From: an uncultured Alphaproteobacteria bacterium
Lineage (GTDB): Bacteria > Pseudomonadota > Alphaproteobacteria > Rhizobiales > Xanthobacteraceae
Assembly: GCA_963757565.1 (NCBI GenBank)
Contig: CAVWSB010000006.1
Span: forward strand, 661,301-725,300
DNA length: 64,000 bases
Direction: 5' to 3'
How positions within the stretch are numbered: position 1 is the first letter of the stretch; each line of letters opens with the position of its first letter. The notes beneath the pieces were generated by a model. That model ran no database searches. It was not told the DNA's origin and saw only the letters and a program-made list of their open reading frames with translations. Made by a program: the position numbers and the translations under genes. Positions 19,400 to 28,780 of this stretch are shown piece by piece.

Positions 19400-20147
19400 T
19401 CACGCGCTCATCTTCGCGACCAGCGCGTCCGAGACCTCGAAGTTCGCATAGACGTTCTGCACGTCGTCCTGCTCGTTGAGCGCGTCGATCAGCTTCAAAA
19501 CCTTCTCGCCCTGCTCGTCGTCGACCGGCACGGTGTTCTGCGGCTTCCACATCATCGCGGCCTTGCGCGGCTCACCGAACTTCGCCTCCAGCGCCTTGGC
19601 GACATCGCGCAGCGATTCCTGCGTCGTGTAAATCTCATGCCCGCCTTCGCCGGACACCACATCCTCGGCGCCCGCCTCGATCGCGGCCTCAAGCATGGCG
19701 TCGGCATTCGCGACCTTGGCGTCGAACTCGACCACGCCGACATGGTCGAACATGAACGACACCGCGCCGGTCTCGGCGAGGTTGCCGCCCGACTTGGTAA
19801 AGCTCGCGCGCACTTCGCCGGCCGAGCGGTTGCGGTTGTCGGTCAGCACCTCGACGATGACGGCGACGCCGCCCGGCCCATAGCCCTCGTAGCGGATCTC
19901 GTCGTAGTTCTCGGCGTCGTTGCCGGTCGCCTTCTTGATCGCGCGGGCGATATTGTCGTTCGGCATGCTCTCGGCGCGCGCCGCGATGATCGCGGCGCGC
20001 AGGCGCGGGTTCATCGCCGGGATCGGGCAGGCCCATCTTGGCCGAGACGGTGATTTCGCGCGCGAGCTTGCCGAACACCTTCGACTTGATGGCGTCCTGC
20101 CGCCCCTTGCGGTGCATGATGTTCTTGAATTGGGAATGGCCGGCCAA
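19400..20147 (-). pseudogene. yebC: YebC/PmpR family transcriptional regulator, 1-nt frameshift near 20017-20021
   Basis: TTG start at 20147, 5 nt after [47 protein letters not shown] then continues as (A)[29 protein letters not shown]... in the frame of ORF 19400..20014. An extra C in GATCCCGGCG is the cause. Repaired length is 248 aa. Confidence 0.9.
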
Positions 20148-20219
20148 GGCTGCCTCCAGCAATCTCGTGTCTGCGAAAATTTCGGCGCGCCTTATAGGTC
20201 CGCGCCGCCGAAAAATCCA

Positions 20220-21039
20220 TTACCAGAATGCAGGGCGTGCTTCCTCAAGCCGTCCGCCGAGCCGCACCGGCGCGATACGCGTCGCGAGCCCGGTCGCATC
20301 GTCGGTCTCGACCGCGACCGCGCACAGCGTCGCGGGTCCGTTCGCGGGCTCGAACTTGCCCGAGGGGATGCGGCGGGTGAAGCGCTGCAGCGGTTCGGCC
20401 TTGTTCATGCCGATCACCGAGTCGTGGTCGCCGGTCATGCCGACATCGGTAATAAAGGCGGTGCCGCCCGGCAGCACGCGATGGTCGGCCGTCTGCACAT
20501 GGGTGTGCGTGCCGACCACGAGGCTCGCGCGGCCGTCGCAGAAAGTGGCCCATCGCCTGCTTCTCGCTCGTCGCCTCACAATGCATGTCGACGATGATCG
20601 CATCCGCGCCGCTCTTGAGCGGACAGGCTGTCAACTCGCGGTCCGCCGCCGCGAACGGATCGTCGAGCGGATCCATGAAGACGCGGCCCATCAGGTTGAT
20701 CAGCAGCAGGCGCGCGCCATTTCCAGCCTCGAACAGCACCATGCCGCGCCCCGGCGTTCCGGGCGGATAATTGAGGGGACGGACCAGCCGCGGCGCGCGC
20801 TCGATGAAGACCAGCGCCTCGCGCTGATCCCATGAATGGTTGCCGCCGGAAATCGCGTCCGCGCCTGCGTCGATCAATTCGTTGTAGATCGCTTCGGTGA
20901 TGCCGAAACCGCCCGCCGCGTTCTCGCCGTTGACGACGATGCAATCGAGTTTCCAGTCGCGCTTCAGCGCCGGCAACCGCTCGGTCACGGCCGTGCGTCC
21001 CGAACGCCCCACCACGTCGCCGACAAACAGTATCCGCAT
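20220..21039 (-). pseudogene. YmdB-like (TIGR00282) metallophosphoesterase, 1-nt frameshift near 20541-20545
   Basis: MRILFVGDVVGRSGR...NGENAAGGFGIT...DMHCEATSEKQAMGHF continues as CDGRASLVVGTHTHVQTADHRVLPGGTAFITDVGMTG in the frame of ORF 20220..20603. An extra base in CACTTTCTGC is the cause. Confidence 0.85.
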
Positions 21040-21624
21040 TCAGCTTCCGCGCAGATCGATGATCTCGCGTTCCGTTAGCACGAGATCGAGGCGCGCGTCG
21101 CGCGGCGTGACGGGGACCTGCTCGATTTCCTGCGCCGCGAACGCGATGCCGGCGGCGACAATCGACTTCACGTCGCGGAATTTCGCGATGGTCATGTCGT
21201 AGTAGCCGGCGCCGTAACCGATGCGATGGCCGGTGCGGTCGAAGGCGAGCAGCGGCACCAGCAGGATATCGGGCGCAACCTCGGCTGCTTCGGGCTTCGG
21301 CTCTCGGATGCCCCATTGACCCGATGCAAGCTCGTCGCCGAACGCGAAGGCGCGCATGACGAGCGGCTTGCCGCGCCCGTCGATCACCGGCAGCGCGAGC
21401 TGCGCGCCGGCAGCGGCGAGCCGGCGCATCAGCGGCAGCGGACTGATTTCGGTCTTGAGGGGAAAGAAGCCGGACACGACAACGCCGGGCTTCACGTCGA
21501 GCGGAAAGGCGCGCGCCGCGATGGTTTCGGCTGCCGCGGCGCGCGCGTCCGCCGGCAGCGCATCGCGCCGCAACATTGCATCCTTGCGGATGATGGATTT
21601 CAGGTCGGAGAGCGCGTCGGACAT
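21040..21624 (-). CDS. 5-formyltetrahydrofolate cyclo-ligase
   Basis: 194-aa ORF with GIREPKP...LLVPLLAFDRTGHRIGYGAGYYD, the 5-FCL signature. Located downstream of zapA/6S as in the enterobacterial zapA-ssrS-ygfA locus. Confidence 0.85.
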   Translation of the reverse strand: MSDALSDLKSIIRKDAMLRRDALPADARAAAAETIAARAFPLDVKPGVVVSGFFPLKTEISPLPLMRRLAAAGAQLALPVIDGRGKPLVMRAFAFGDELASGQWGIREPKPEAAEVAPDILLVPLLAFDRTGHRIGYGAGYYDMTIAKFRDVKSIVAAGIAFAAQEIEQVPVTPRDARLDLVLTEREIIDLRGS

Positions 21625-21631
21625 TTGGAGT

Positions 21632-21762
21632 CGTCACCCTGAGGTGCGAGGCCATAAGCGCGTTTACGCGCGTCTTCAACGCGCTACGGCGAGCCTCGAA
21701 GGGCGCGGTCTTTGGTCATCCTTCGAGGCCCACGCTACGCGAGGGGCACCTCAGGATGACGG
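21632..21762. repeat. REP/MITE-like palindromic intergenic element, family A (inverted copy with insertion)
   Basis: CGTCACCCTGAGGTG...CGGCGAGCCTCGAAGGGC...CATCCTTCGAGG...CACCTCAGGATGACGG. Shares termini and internal blocks with 19297-19399 in the opposite orientation. Confidence 0.65.
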
Positions 21763-21933
21763 CGGGGGAGAGAGTGCGGAGCCACAAAAGCCGTCGGATT
21801 GCGACCCCGGGAACCTACATAAGTAGGTGGGCGCCATATAACCGGGCCCACGGGCCCGGCCAGGGACAGCTCCCTTGAGGATCGTAAGGCCCCGGGAGTA
21901 TTTATCTAACGCACCCCGCAGCCCCGCCCCGAC
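21763..21933 (-). ncRNA. ssrS: 6S RNA (ssrS), boundaries approximate
   Basis: ORF-free about 170 nt between zapA and 5-FCL, the conserved ssrS position. The minus-strand 5' GGGGCGGGGCUGCGGGGUGCG pairs with the 3' CGCACUCUCUCCCCCGCC, around an AU-rich central region and a GGCCGGGCCC/GGGCCCGGUU apical helix. Confidence 0.6.
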
Positions 21934-21975
21934 AATGTAGGGGTTCGCCGCCGCAAACGCCACCTCATTGGCGGA

Positions 21976-22359
21976 CTATCCGATCCCGACACCGTCGCCG
22001 CGGGTGAGATTGAGGCTGCGCGTGACATGTTCGATCCGCTCGGAGGCGGAGTTGAGCGCGGCCGCGACCGCGACCTGCATGGTCTGCGCGCGCTCGCTCG
22101 ACGCGACGCGCGCGTCCTGCATTACGGTCAGTTCTTCCTCCAGACGGCGGATGCGCTTGACCGCCTCGAACAGTTCGTCGCCCACGGTCAGCGCCGCCAT
22201 GACGATCAACCGCATGTCGCCGACGGCGCCGAAACTCTTCTTCAGTTGGTCGATACGTCCATCGAGGTCACGGGCGAGCGTCGCAAGCTGCCCTTCCTGC
22301 CCCTCCTCGCACGCCATGCGATACTGCCGGCCGTTGATGACGACGTTGACATGCGTCAT
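21976..22359 (-). CDS. zapA: cell division protein ZapA
   Basis: 127-aa ORF MTHVNVVINGRQYRMACEEGQEGQLATLARDLD...MRLIVMAALTVGDEL, the typical ZapA fold sequence. Confidence 0.85.
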   Translation of the reverse strand: MTHVNVVINGRQYRMACEEGQEGQLATLARDLDGRIDQLKKSFGAVGDMRLIVMAALTVGDELFEAVKRIRRLEEELTVMQDARVASSERAQTMQVAVAAALNSASERIEHVTRSLNLTRGDGVGIG

Positions 22360-22634
22360 GGCTGCGCCTCGATCACCGAGCGGATGCTGTCGATAGCGTG
22401 ATCGAGCCGCTGTGCGATCTCGCGATTGGTCGCCTCCAGCTTGCGGGAGCGCGCCGCAGCGGCGTCGAGATCCGAAGCGAGCTTGGAGCGGTCGGAGCCG
22501 AGAGCATGCACCTGCGCGGCGAGTGCATTCTCGCCGCGGTCGGCGTCGCGCCGCCGTTCCAGCGCTGCCTCCAGTGAATCGAGGGCCGCCGCAAGCCGCT
22601 TGGTTGCGGCTTCAATCGCGCTCGCCTCAGTCAT
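22356..22634 (-). CDS. coiled-coil protein upstream of zapA (DUF4164-like)
   Basis: 92-aa fully helical/charged ORF whose stop overlaps the zapA start. Conserved partner of zapA in alphaproteobacteria, from memory. Confidence 0.7.
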   Translation of the reverse strand: MTEASAIEAATKRLAAALDSLEAALERRRDADRGENALAAQVHALGSDRSKLASDLDAAAARSRKLEATNREIAQRLDHAIDSIRSVIEAQP

Positions 22635-22992
22635 CGCCTACCCACCACACGAACCGGCCGCCGCGGCGGCTCGCGCGCCATGAAATCCGTGAAGCGCCAA
22701 GGATTTGGACGGAGAATCTTACGTTGGGCCCCACCGCGGCGTCAACGCTCCCCGGTCATGGCGGCAAAACGATGTCACGCCTTGGGCAGGCTGGCGATTT
22801 GCTCAGGCATATTGCGCAACGCCATGGCTGAACGACCGGTTTTCCTTGGCGGCCTCGACGCGGCCGAAGAGAATATCCGGTGCTCGTCGCCGGGATGTCC
22901 CCAGGCTTTTTGGAGATGGGCCGCGTTCCGCTCGCTCGCGCAGCAGGCCGCGAAGGCCCCGGTGGCTCGCACCACCGAGGCTTGCACGTCTG

Positions 22993-23844
22993 TCAGAGCC
23001 TGCGCGCCGCACTCCAGCGCAGCGGCGGCGAGAACTCGCTGTCGCGATGCCGGCCGCCCGCACCGGCCGCGACCCATGCCGCTGCCGCCGCCGCCGCAAG
23101 GCCTGCGGCCAGGCAGAACCCGAGAACCACTGCGCTGCGCCGTGCTTGCGACGCGGCCTCGCGCGCATCGCTGAGCACCGTAGACACACGCTTGTCGGCA
23201 TCGGGCGGGGCCAGTCCGGTGACCGCCGCGGTCAGGCGCGTGAGCTGCGAGCGATCCTCCGCGGGCAATTCACTTCGGCCCAAGCCCTTCATCACGAGGC
23301 GACTGGCTTCGGCACGCACCAGCGCCGGGGCAGGCTCGGGGCGTCGCTCGGCGCGAAACAGCCGATCGATCTCGTAGGCGAGGAAGCTTGGCGCACCCGC
23401 GGTGTCGCGCGGGGGCGAGGCGGCGCTTCCGGAGGCGAAGGTATTGGCCGTGAGCGCCAGCAGGATCGCACCGAGCATGACGCCGAGCGCCCAGGCGATG
23501 AGCCCGTGCGTGCCGTCGCGAAACTCTACTTCGTCGGCCGGGGCGCTCCAGGTGGAGCGCACGCGCCCGGCCAGATATCCGCCGAGCGCGAAACTGCCGA
23601 CCGCCACAACGATGATCCAAAATCCCGAGAGAACGGCAAGCCAGACCGAGGTATCGCGCCAGGTCGGCGATGGCGACGCCACCATCAGGCCGACTGCGGA
23701 CGCAAAGCCCATCAGCACAAACGATGTCGCGGTGGCGACAATCGCGCCCGCGATGCCCGGCCCCCAGTGAATGTAGGAGAGCGGACCGCCCGGTGCTGCG
23801 ACAGGACCGGCGGAAGCCGGCGCGACAGTTTCGACCACGACCAT
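22993..23844 (-). CDS. hypothetical polytopic membrane protein
   Basis: 283-aa ORF with several hydrophobic spans (GIAGAIVATATSFVLMGFASAVGLMV, WLAVLSGFWIIVVAVGSFALGGYLAG, LIAWALGVMLGAILLALT, VVLGFCLAAGLAAAAAAAWVAAG). No family recognised. Confidence 0.6.
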   Translation of the reverse strand: MVVVETVAPASAGPVAAPGGPLSYIHWGPGIAGAIVATATSFVLMGFASAVGLMVASPSPTWRDTSVWLAVLSGFWIIVVAVGSFALGGYLAGRVRSTWSAPADEVEFRDGTHGLIAWALGVMLGAILLALTANTFASGSAASPPRDTAGAPSFLAYEIDRLFRAERRPEPAPALVRAEASRLVMKGLGRSELPAEDRSQLTRLTAAVTGLAPPDADKRVSTVLSDAREAASQARRSAVVLGFCLAAGLAAAAAAAWVAAGAGGRHRDSEFSPPLRWSAARRL

Positions 23845-23856
23845 GTGCGGGTCCCC

Positions 23857-23931
23857 TCAGCGCAGGCCGAGGAAGGACAGGATCGCCATGACCACGACGA
23901 TGAGGCCGACCAGATAGATGATTCCGTTCAT
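23857..23931 (-). CDS. 24-aa hydrophobic micro-protein (MNGIIYLVGLIVVVMAILSFLGLR)
   Basis: The ATG at 23931 is preceded by GGAGGAG at optimal spacing. Single TM span. The stop lies 12 nt upstream of the next membrane-protein gene. Confidence 0.45.
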   Translation of the reverse strand: MNGIIYLVGLIVVVMAILSFLGLR

Positions 23932-24121
23932 GTGCTCCTCCACGCCGGAGCTTTCCCCGGCTCCTATGGCGAAGGAACCAGAGCGGGACGGAATGGTTCC
24001 CTCGCGCACGCAAAGAGGCATGCCATTCGACCCGCGGGCCATCCACCGGAGTCTTCGAGGCGGCATTTGATTGTGGGGGCGTGCGTGTTATCCAGCCCCG
24101 GAATTATTAGGGAAGACGCGG

Positions 24122-26152
24122 ATGAATCCTCCCGCCGCTGCGCTGCGCCAGACCGAAACTCCGCCGCTCAGCCGCGCCGAGCATGACCGCATGGCGAACG
24201 CCATCCGGGCGCTCGCGATGGATGCGGTCGAGCAGGCGAAGTCCGGCCATCCCGGCCTGCCGATGGGGGCGGCCGACATCGCGACCGTGCTGTTCACGCA
24301 ATTCCTCAAGTTCGATCCGGCCGATCCGAAGTGGCCGGATCGTGATCGCTTTGTGCTCTCGGCCGGTCACGGCTCGATGCTGCTCTATTCGGTGCTCTAT
24401 CTCCTCGGCTACGAGGCGATGACGATCGACCAGATCAAGCACTTCCGCCAGCTCGGCTCGAACACACCAGGGCATCCGGAGAATTTCGAGACGCCCGGCG
24501 TCGAGACCACCACCGGCCCGCTCGGCCAGGGGCTCGGCAACGCGGTCGGCATGGCAATCGCGGAGCGCCACCTCGCGGCCGAGTTCGGCGACATCGTCGA
24601 TCACCACACCTACGTTATCGCCTCGGATGGCGACCTGATGGAAGGCATTTCGCAGGAAGCCATCGCACTCGCCGGCCACCTGAAGCTGAACCGGCTGATC
24701 GTGCTGTTCGACGATAACGGCATCTCGATCGACGGCCCCCTCTCGCTCGCCGACTCGGTCGATCAGGTGCGGCGCTTCGAGGCATCGGGCTGGAATGCAA
24801 GCCACATCGACGGGCACGATCCGCAGGCGATTGCGGCCGCCATCGCGGCTGCGCAAAAGTCCGACAAGCCGACGATGATCGCCTGCAAGACGACCATCGG
24901 CTTTGGCGCGCCCACCAAGGCCGGGACTTCCGGCTCGCACGGCTCGCCGCTTGGCGCCGACGAGATCAAAGGCGCGCGCGCGAAGCTTGGCTGGACCTCG
25001 CCGGCTTTCGAAATCCCACAGGACATCCTGAATTGGTGGCGCGCCGCGGGATCGCGCTCCCGGTCTGTGCACAAGGCGTGGGACGAGCGCCTTGCAGCGT
25101 TGCCGATCGAGAAACGTGGCGAGTTCGCGCGCCGTATCAACGGCGACCTGCCTCTTGGCCTTGAAGATGCGGTGCGCGCCTTCAAGCAGGATCTCGCCAA
25201 CGCGCCGAAGGAGATTGCAACCCGCATCGCCTCGCAGAATGCGCTTGAGGCGCTGACCGCGGTCGCGCCCGAAATGCTCGGCGGTTCGGCCGACCTCACC
25301 GGCTCGAACAACACCCGCCCGAAGGGCATGAAGGCGATGTCGGCCGCGGACTACGGCGGCCGCTTCATCCACTACGGCATCCGCGAGCACGGCATGGCCG
25401 CCGCGATGAATGGCATCGCGCTGCATCGTGGCGTCATCCCGTATTCGGGCACGTTCCTGGTGTTCGCCGACTATTGCCGCCCCTCGATCCGGCTCGCAGC
25501 CCTGATGGGTGAGCGCGTGATCCACGTGATGACGCACGATTCGATCGGGCTCGGCGAGGATGGCCCGACCCACCAGCCGGTCGAGCATCTGGCGGCGCTG
25601 CGCGCGATCCCGAACCTGCTCGTGTTCCGCCCGTGCGACACGGTCGAGACGATCGAGTGCTGGCAGCTTGCGCTCGAAAGCAAGAATGCGCCGAGCGTGC
25701 TCGCGCTCACGCGACAGAACCTGCCGCAACTGCGCAAGGAATTCACCACCCGCAACCTGTGCGCGGGTGGCGCCTACGAGATCGCCCCCTCGATCGCCGG
25801 GCAGGCGCGCGTTTCGATCTTCGCGACTGGCTCCGAGGTCACCATCGCGGTGGATGCGAAGAAGCTGCTCGACGCGCGGGGCGTGCTTACGCGCGTCGTC
25901 TCGGTGCCGTGCTTTGAGTTGCTCGAGTCTGCGGATGCGGCGACGCGCCGCGCCGTGATAGGCGATGCGGTGGTTAACGTCGCCATCGAGGCCGGCGTTC
26001 GTCAGGGGTGGGATGCGATTATCGGCGCTGATGGCGTGTTTGTAGGCATGCACGGTTTCGGCGCCAGCGCCCCGTACAAGGAGCTGTACCGCCATTTCGG
26101 CATCACGCCCGAGAAGGTGGCCGAAGCGGCGTTGAGCAAGCTCGGCAGTTAA
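24122..26152 (+). CDS. tkt: transketolase
   Basis: ORF trimmed to MNPPAA at 24122. [41 protein letters not shown] and [16 protein letters not shown] motifs. Confidence 0.95.
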   Translation: MNPPAAALRQTETPPLSRAEHDRMANAIRALAMDAVEQAKSGHPGLPMGAADIATVLFTQFLKFDPADPKWPDRDRFVLSAGHGSMLLYSVLYLLGYEAMTIDQIKHFRQLGSNTPGHPENFETPGVETTTGPLGQGLGNAVGMAIAERHLAAEFGDIVDHHTYVIASDGDLMEGISQEAIALAGHLKLNRLIVLFDDNGISIDGPLSLADSVDQVRRFEASGWNASHIDGHDPQAIAAAIAAAQKSDKPTMIACKTTIGFGAPTKAGTSGSHGSPLGADEIKGARAKLGWTSPAFEIPQDILNWWRAAGSRSRSVHKAWDERLAALPIEKRGEFARRINGDLPLGLEDAVRAFKQDLANAPKEIATRIASQNALEALTAVAPEMLGGSADLTGSNNTRPKGMKAMSAADYGGRFIHYGIREHGMAAAMNGIALHRGVIPYSGTFLVFADYCRPSIRLAALMGERVIHVMTHDSIGLGEDGPTHQPVEHLAALRAIPNLLVFRPCDTVETIECWQLALESKNAPSVLALTRQNLPQLRKEFTTRNLCAGGAYEIAPSIAGQARVSIFATGSEVTIAVDAKKLLDARGVLTRVVSVPCFELLESADAATRRAVIGDAVVNVAIEAGVRQGWDAIIGADGVFVGMHGFGASAPYKELYRHFGITPEKVAEAALSKLGS

Positions 26153-26179
26153 GCTAACAAGCGCGCTTGGAACTCAGCC

Positions 26180-26262
26180 GTCATCGCCCGCGCAGGCGGG
26201 CGATCCAGTACACACCATATATGGCTGTGGTTACTGGATGCCCCGCCTTCGCGGGGCATGAC
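26180..26262. repeat. nested-hairpin palindromic intergenic element, family B
   Basis: GTCATCGCCCGCGCAGGCGGGCGATCCAGTA...TACTGGATGCCCCGCCTTCGCGGGGCATGAC. Same GTCAT-[hairpin]-ATCC...GGAT-[hairpin]-ATGAC architecture as 28664-28774 and 36189-36274. Confidence 0.7.
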
Positions 26263-26287
26263 GAAAAGCGTTAGGGAGAGGCAAGAC

Positions 26288-27295
26288 ATGACCATCCGGG
26301 TCGCCATCAACGGATTTGGCCGCATCGGCCGCAACATCCTGCGCGCCATCGCCGAGTCCGGCCGCAAGGATATCGAAGTGGTCGCCATCAACGACCTTGG
26401 CCCGGTCGAAACCAATGCGCATCTGCTGCGCTACGACTCGGTGCACGGCCGCTTCCCCGGCACGGTGACCGTCGAGGGCAACTCGATCAGCCTCGGCAAC
26501 GGCAAGATCAAGGTCTGCGCCGAGCGCGATCCTTCGAAGCTTCCGTGGAAAGACATGGGCATCGACATCGCGCTCGAATGCACCGGCATCTTCACCGCCA
26601 AGGACAAGGCCTCGTCGCACCTGACCGCAGGCGCGAAGCGCGTGCTCATTTCCGCGCCCGCCGACGGCGCCGACATGACGATCGTTTACGGCGTCAACCA
26701 CGACAAGCTCACCAAGGACCACACGGTCGTATCGAATGGCTCGTGCACGACGAATTGCCTCGCACCGGTCGCCAAGGTGCTGAACGACTCGGTCGGGATC
26801 GAGACCGGCTTCATGACCACGATCCACGCCTATACGGGCGACCAGCCGACGCTCGACACGATGCACAAGGATCTCTATCGCGGCCGCGCCGCCGCGCTCT
26901 CGATGATCCCGACATCGACCGGCGCCGCGAAAGCGATCGGCCTCGTGCTGCCCGAACTGAAGGGCAAGCTCGACGGCGTCGCGATCCGCGTGCCGACGCC
27001 GAACGTGTCGGTGATCGATCTCAAGATCGTCGCCAAGAAAGCCACGACCAAAGAAGAGATCAACGACGCGATGAAGCGCGCGTCCGAGCAGCAGCTCAAG
27101 GGCATCCTGAACTATACCAACGATCCGAACGTCTCGATCGACTTCAACCACGATCCGCACTCGTCCACGTTCCACATGGACCAGACCAAGGTGATGAACG
27201 GCACGCTGGTGCGCGTGATGTCCTGGTACGACAACGAATGGGGCTTCTCGAACCGCATGGCCGACACGGCGGTGGCAATGGGGAAGCTGATCTGA
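26288..27295 (+). CDS. gap: type I glyceraldehyde-3-phosphate dehydrogenase
   Basis: [16 protein letters not shown] and active site [15 protein letters not shown] trimmed to the ATG at 26288. Confidence 0.95.
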   Translation: MTIRVAINGFGRIGRNILRAIAESGRKDIEVVAINDLGPVETNAHLLRYDSVHGRFPGTVTVEGNSISLGNGKIKVCAERDPSKLPWKDMGIDIALECTGIFTAKDKASSHLTAGAKRVLISAPADGADMTIVYGVNHDKLTKDHTVVSNGSCTTNCLAPVAKVLNDSVGIETGFMTTIHAYTGDQPTLDTMHKDLYRGRAAALSMIPTSTGAAKAIGLVLPELKGKLDGVAIRVPTPNVSVIDLKIVAKKATTKEEINDAMKRASEQQLKGILNYTNDPNVSIDFNHDPHSSTFHMDQTKVMNGTLVRVMSWYDNEWGFSNRMADTAVAMGKLI

Positions 27296-27308
27296 AGCCG
27301 GCGCGATC

Positions 27309-27449
27309 ATGACGATGCAAACGATCCTCGGCATCGGCGCGTTGATCGTCCTGGTCAGCTTCATCGTCTTCGCCTTTCGGCAAGGCATGAAGGTGAAGAA
27401 TCCACCCGAAAACGTACCGCCGGAACGCATCAGCGGCGGCGGTCTCTGA
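27309..27449 (+). CDS. 46-aa single-TM micro-protein (candidate)
   Basis: Own translation: MTMQTILGIGALIVLVSFIVFAFRQGMKVKNPPENVPPERISGGGL*. It fills the gap-pgk spacer and is below the ORF-track length cut-off. No clear SD. Confidence 0.35.
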   Translation: MTMQTILGIGALIVLVSFIVFAFRQGMKVKNPPENVPPERISGGGL

Positions 27450-27464
27450 AGGCCTGCCTCTCAC

Positions 27465-28655
27465 ATGCCGAATTTCCGTACGCTCGATTCCGCTGACCTG
27501 AATGGCAAGCGCGCGCTGGTGCGCGTCGATCTCAACGTGCCGATGGAGAACGGCCGGATCACCGACGCAACGCGCATCGAGCGGGTCGTTCCGACGATCA
27601 AGGAAATTTCCGACAAGGGCGGCAAGGTGATCCTGCTGGCGCACTTCGGCCGCCCGAAGGGGCGCGATCCGAAGGAGTCGCTCAAGCCTGTTGCCGCCGA
27701 GGTCGCGCGCATCATCGGCAAGCCTGTCGGCTTCGCGGAGGATTGCGTCGGCGAACCGGCCGAGAAGGCGATCGCCGCGATGAAGAGCGGCGACGTGCTG
27801 CTGCTGGAAAACACCCGCTTCCACAAGGAAGAGGAAAATAACGATCCAGCTTTCGTCGAGAAGCTCGCCAAACTCGGCGACGTCTATGTGAACGACGCCT
27901 TCTCGGCGGCGCACCGCGCGCACGCCTCGACCGAAGGACTCGCGCACAAGCTTCCGGCTTACGCGGGCCGCACCATGCAGGCCGAGCTCGAAGCGCTCGG
28001 CAAGGCGCTGGATCATCCGCAGCGGCCAGTCATCGCGATCGTCGGCGGCGCGAAAGTCTCGACCAAGCTCGATCTCCTGGAAAATCTCATCACCAAAGTG
28101 CAGGCGCTGGTGATTGGCGGCGCGATGGCGAACACATTCATGCACGCGCAAGGCGTGAACGTGCAGAAGTCTCTCGCCGAGAAGGACATGGCCGACACCG
28201 CGCGGCGTATTCTCGCCAAGGCCGAGAGCGCGAACTGCGCCATCATCCTCCCGGTGGACGCCATCGTGGCGTTTCATTTCCAGGCCAATGCGCCCTCGCA
28301 CGCCTATGGCTTCGACGCGATCCCGCCGGACGGGATGGTGCTCGACGTCGCCTCGCAATCGATCGATCGCATCAAGGGCGCGATCGACGATGCCGCGACG
28401 CTGGTGTGGAACGGTCCGGTCGGCGCCTTCGAGATGCCACCGTTCGACAAGGGCACCGTCGAACTCGCGCGCTATGCGGCCGAACGCACCAAACTGGGCC
28501 AACTCGTTTCGGTCGCGGGTGGCGGCGATACGGTCGCGGCGCTCAACCATGCCGGCGTGGCAGACGAATTCACCTATGTGTCGACCGCGGGCGGCGCCTT
28601 CCTCGAATGGCTGGAAGGCCGCACGCTGCCCGGCGTCGAGGCGCTGCGGGGGTAG
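27465..28655 (+). CDS. pgk: phosphoglycerate kinase
   Basis: 396-aa ORF with [20 protein letters not shown] and GGGDTVAA motifs. Confidence 0.95.
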   Translation: MPNFRTLDSADLNGKRALVRVDLNVPMENGRITDATRIERVVPTIKEISDKGGKVILLAHFGRPKGRDPKESLKPVAAEVARIIGKPVGFAEDCVGEPAEKAIAAMKSGDVLLLENTRFHKEEENNDPAFVEKLAKLGDVYVNDAFSAAHRAHASTEGLAHKLPAYAGRTMQAELEALGKALDHPQRPVIAIVGGAKVSTKLDLLENLITKVQALVIGGAMANTFMHAQGVNVQKSLAEKDMADTARRILAKAESANCAIILPVDAIVAFHFQANAPSHAYGFDAIPPDGMVLDVASQSIDRIKGAIDDAATLVWNGPVGAFEMPPFDKGTVELARYAAERTKLGQLVSVAGGGDTVAALNHAGVADEFTYVSTAGGAFLEWLEGRTLPGVEALRG

Positions 28656-28663
28656 CCCCACCT

Positions 28664-28774
28664 GTCATTCCGGCCGAGCGCCGCGAAGCGGTGCGCGAGA
28701 GCCGGGATCAATCGCGACGCATACGCATCTGTCAGATGGGTCCCGGATAGCCGCTGCGCGGCTTCCGGGATGAC
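28664..28774. repeat. nested-hairpin palindromic intergenic element, family B
   Basis: GTCATTCCGGCCGAGCGCCGCGAAGCGGTGCGCGAGAGCCGGGATC...GGGTCCCGGATAGCCGCTGCGCGGCTTCCGGGATGAC, between the convergent pgk and esterase genes. Confidence 0.65.
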
Positions 28775-28780
28775 ACCGAG

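Noticed and set aside
22705-24186. 493-aa plus-strand ORF spanning the zapA-upstream spacer and the membrane-protein gene
   Set aside because: Extremely Arg-rich and overlaps the better-supported minus-strand membrane protein and micro-protein. No motifs.
24107-26095. 662-aa ORF antisense to transketolase
   Set aside because: Arg/Ala/Gly/Asp-rich low-complexity translation with no recognisable motifs. It lies entirely inside the unmistakable tkt gene. This is the typical open antisense frame of high-GC DNA.
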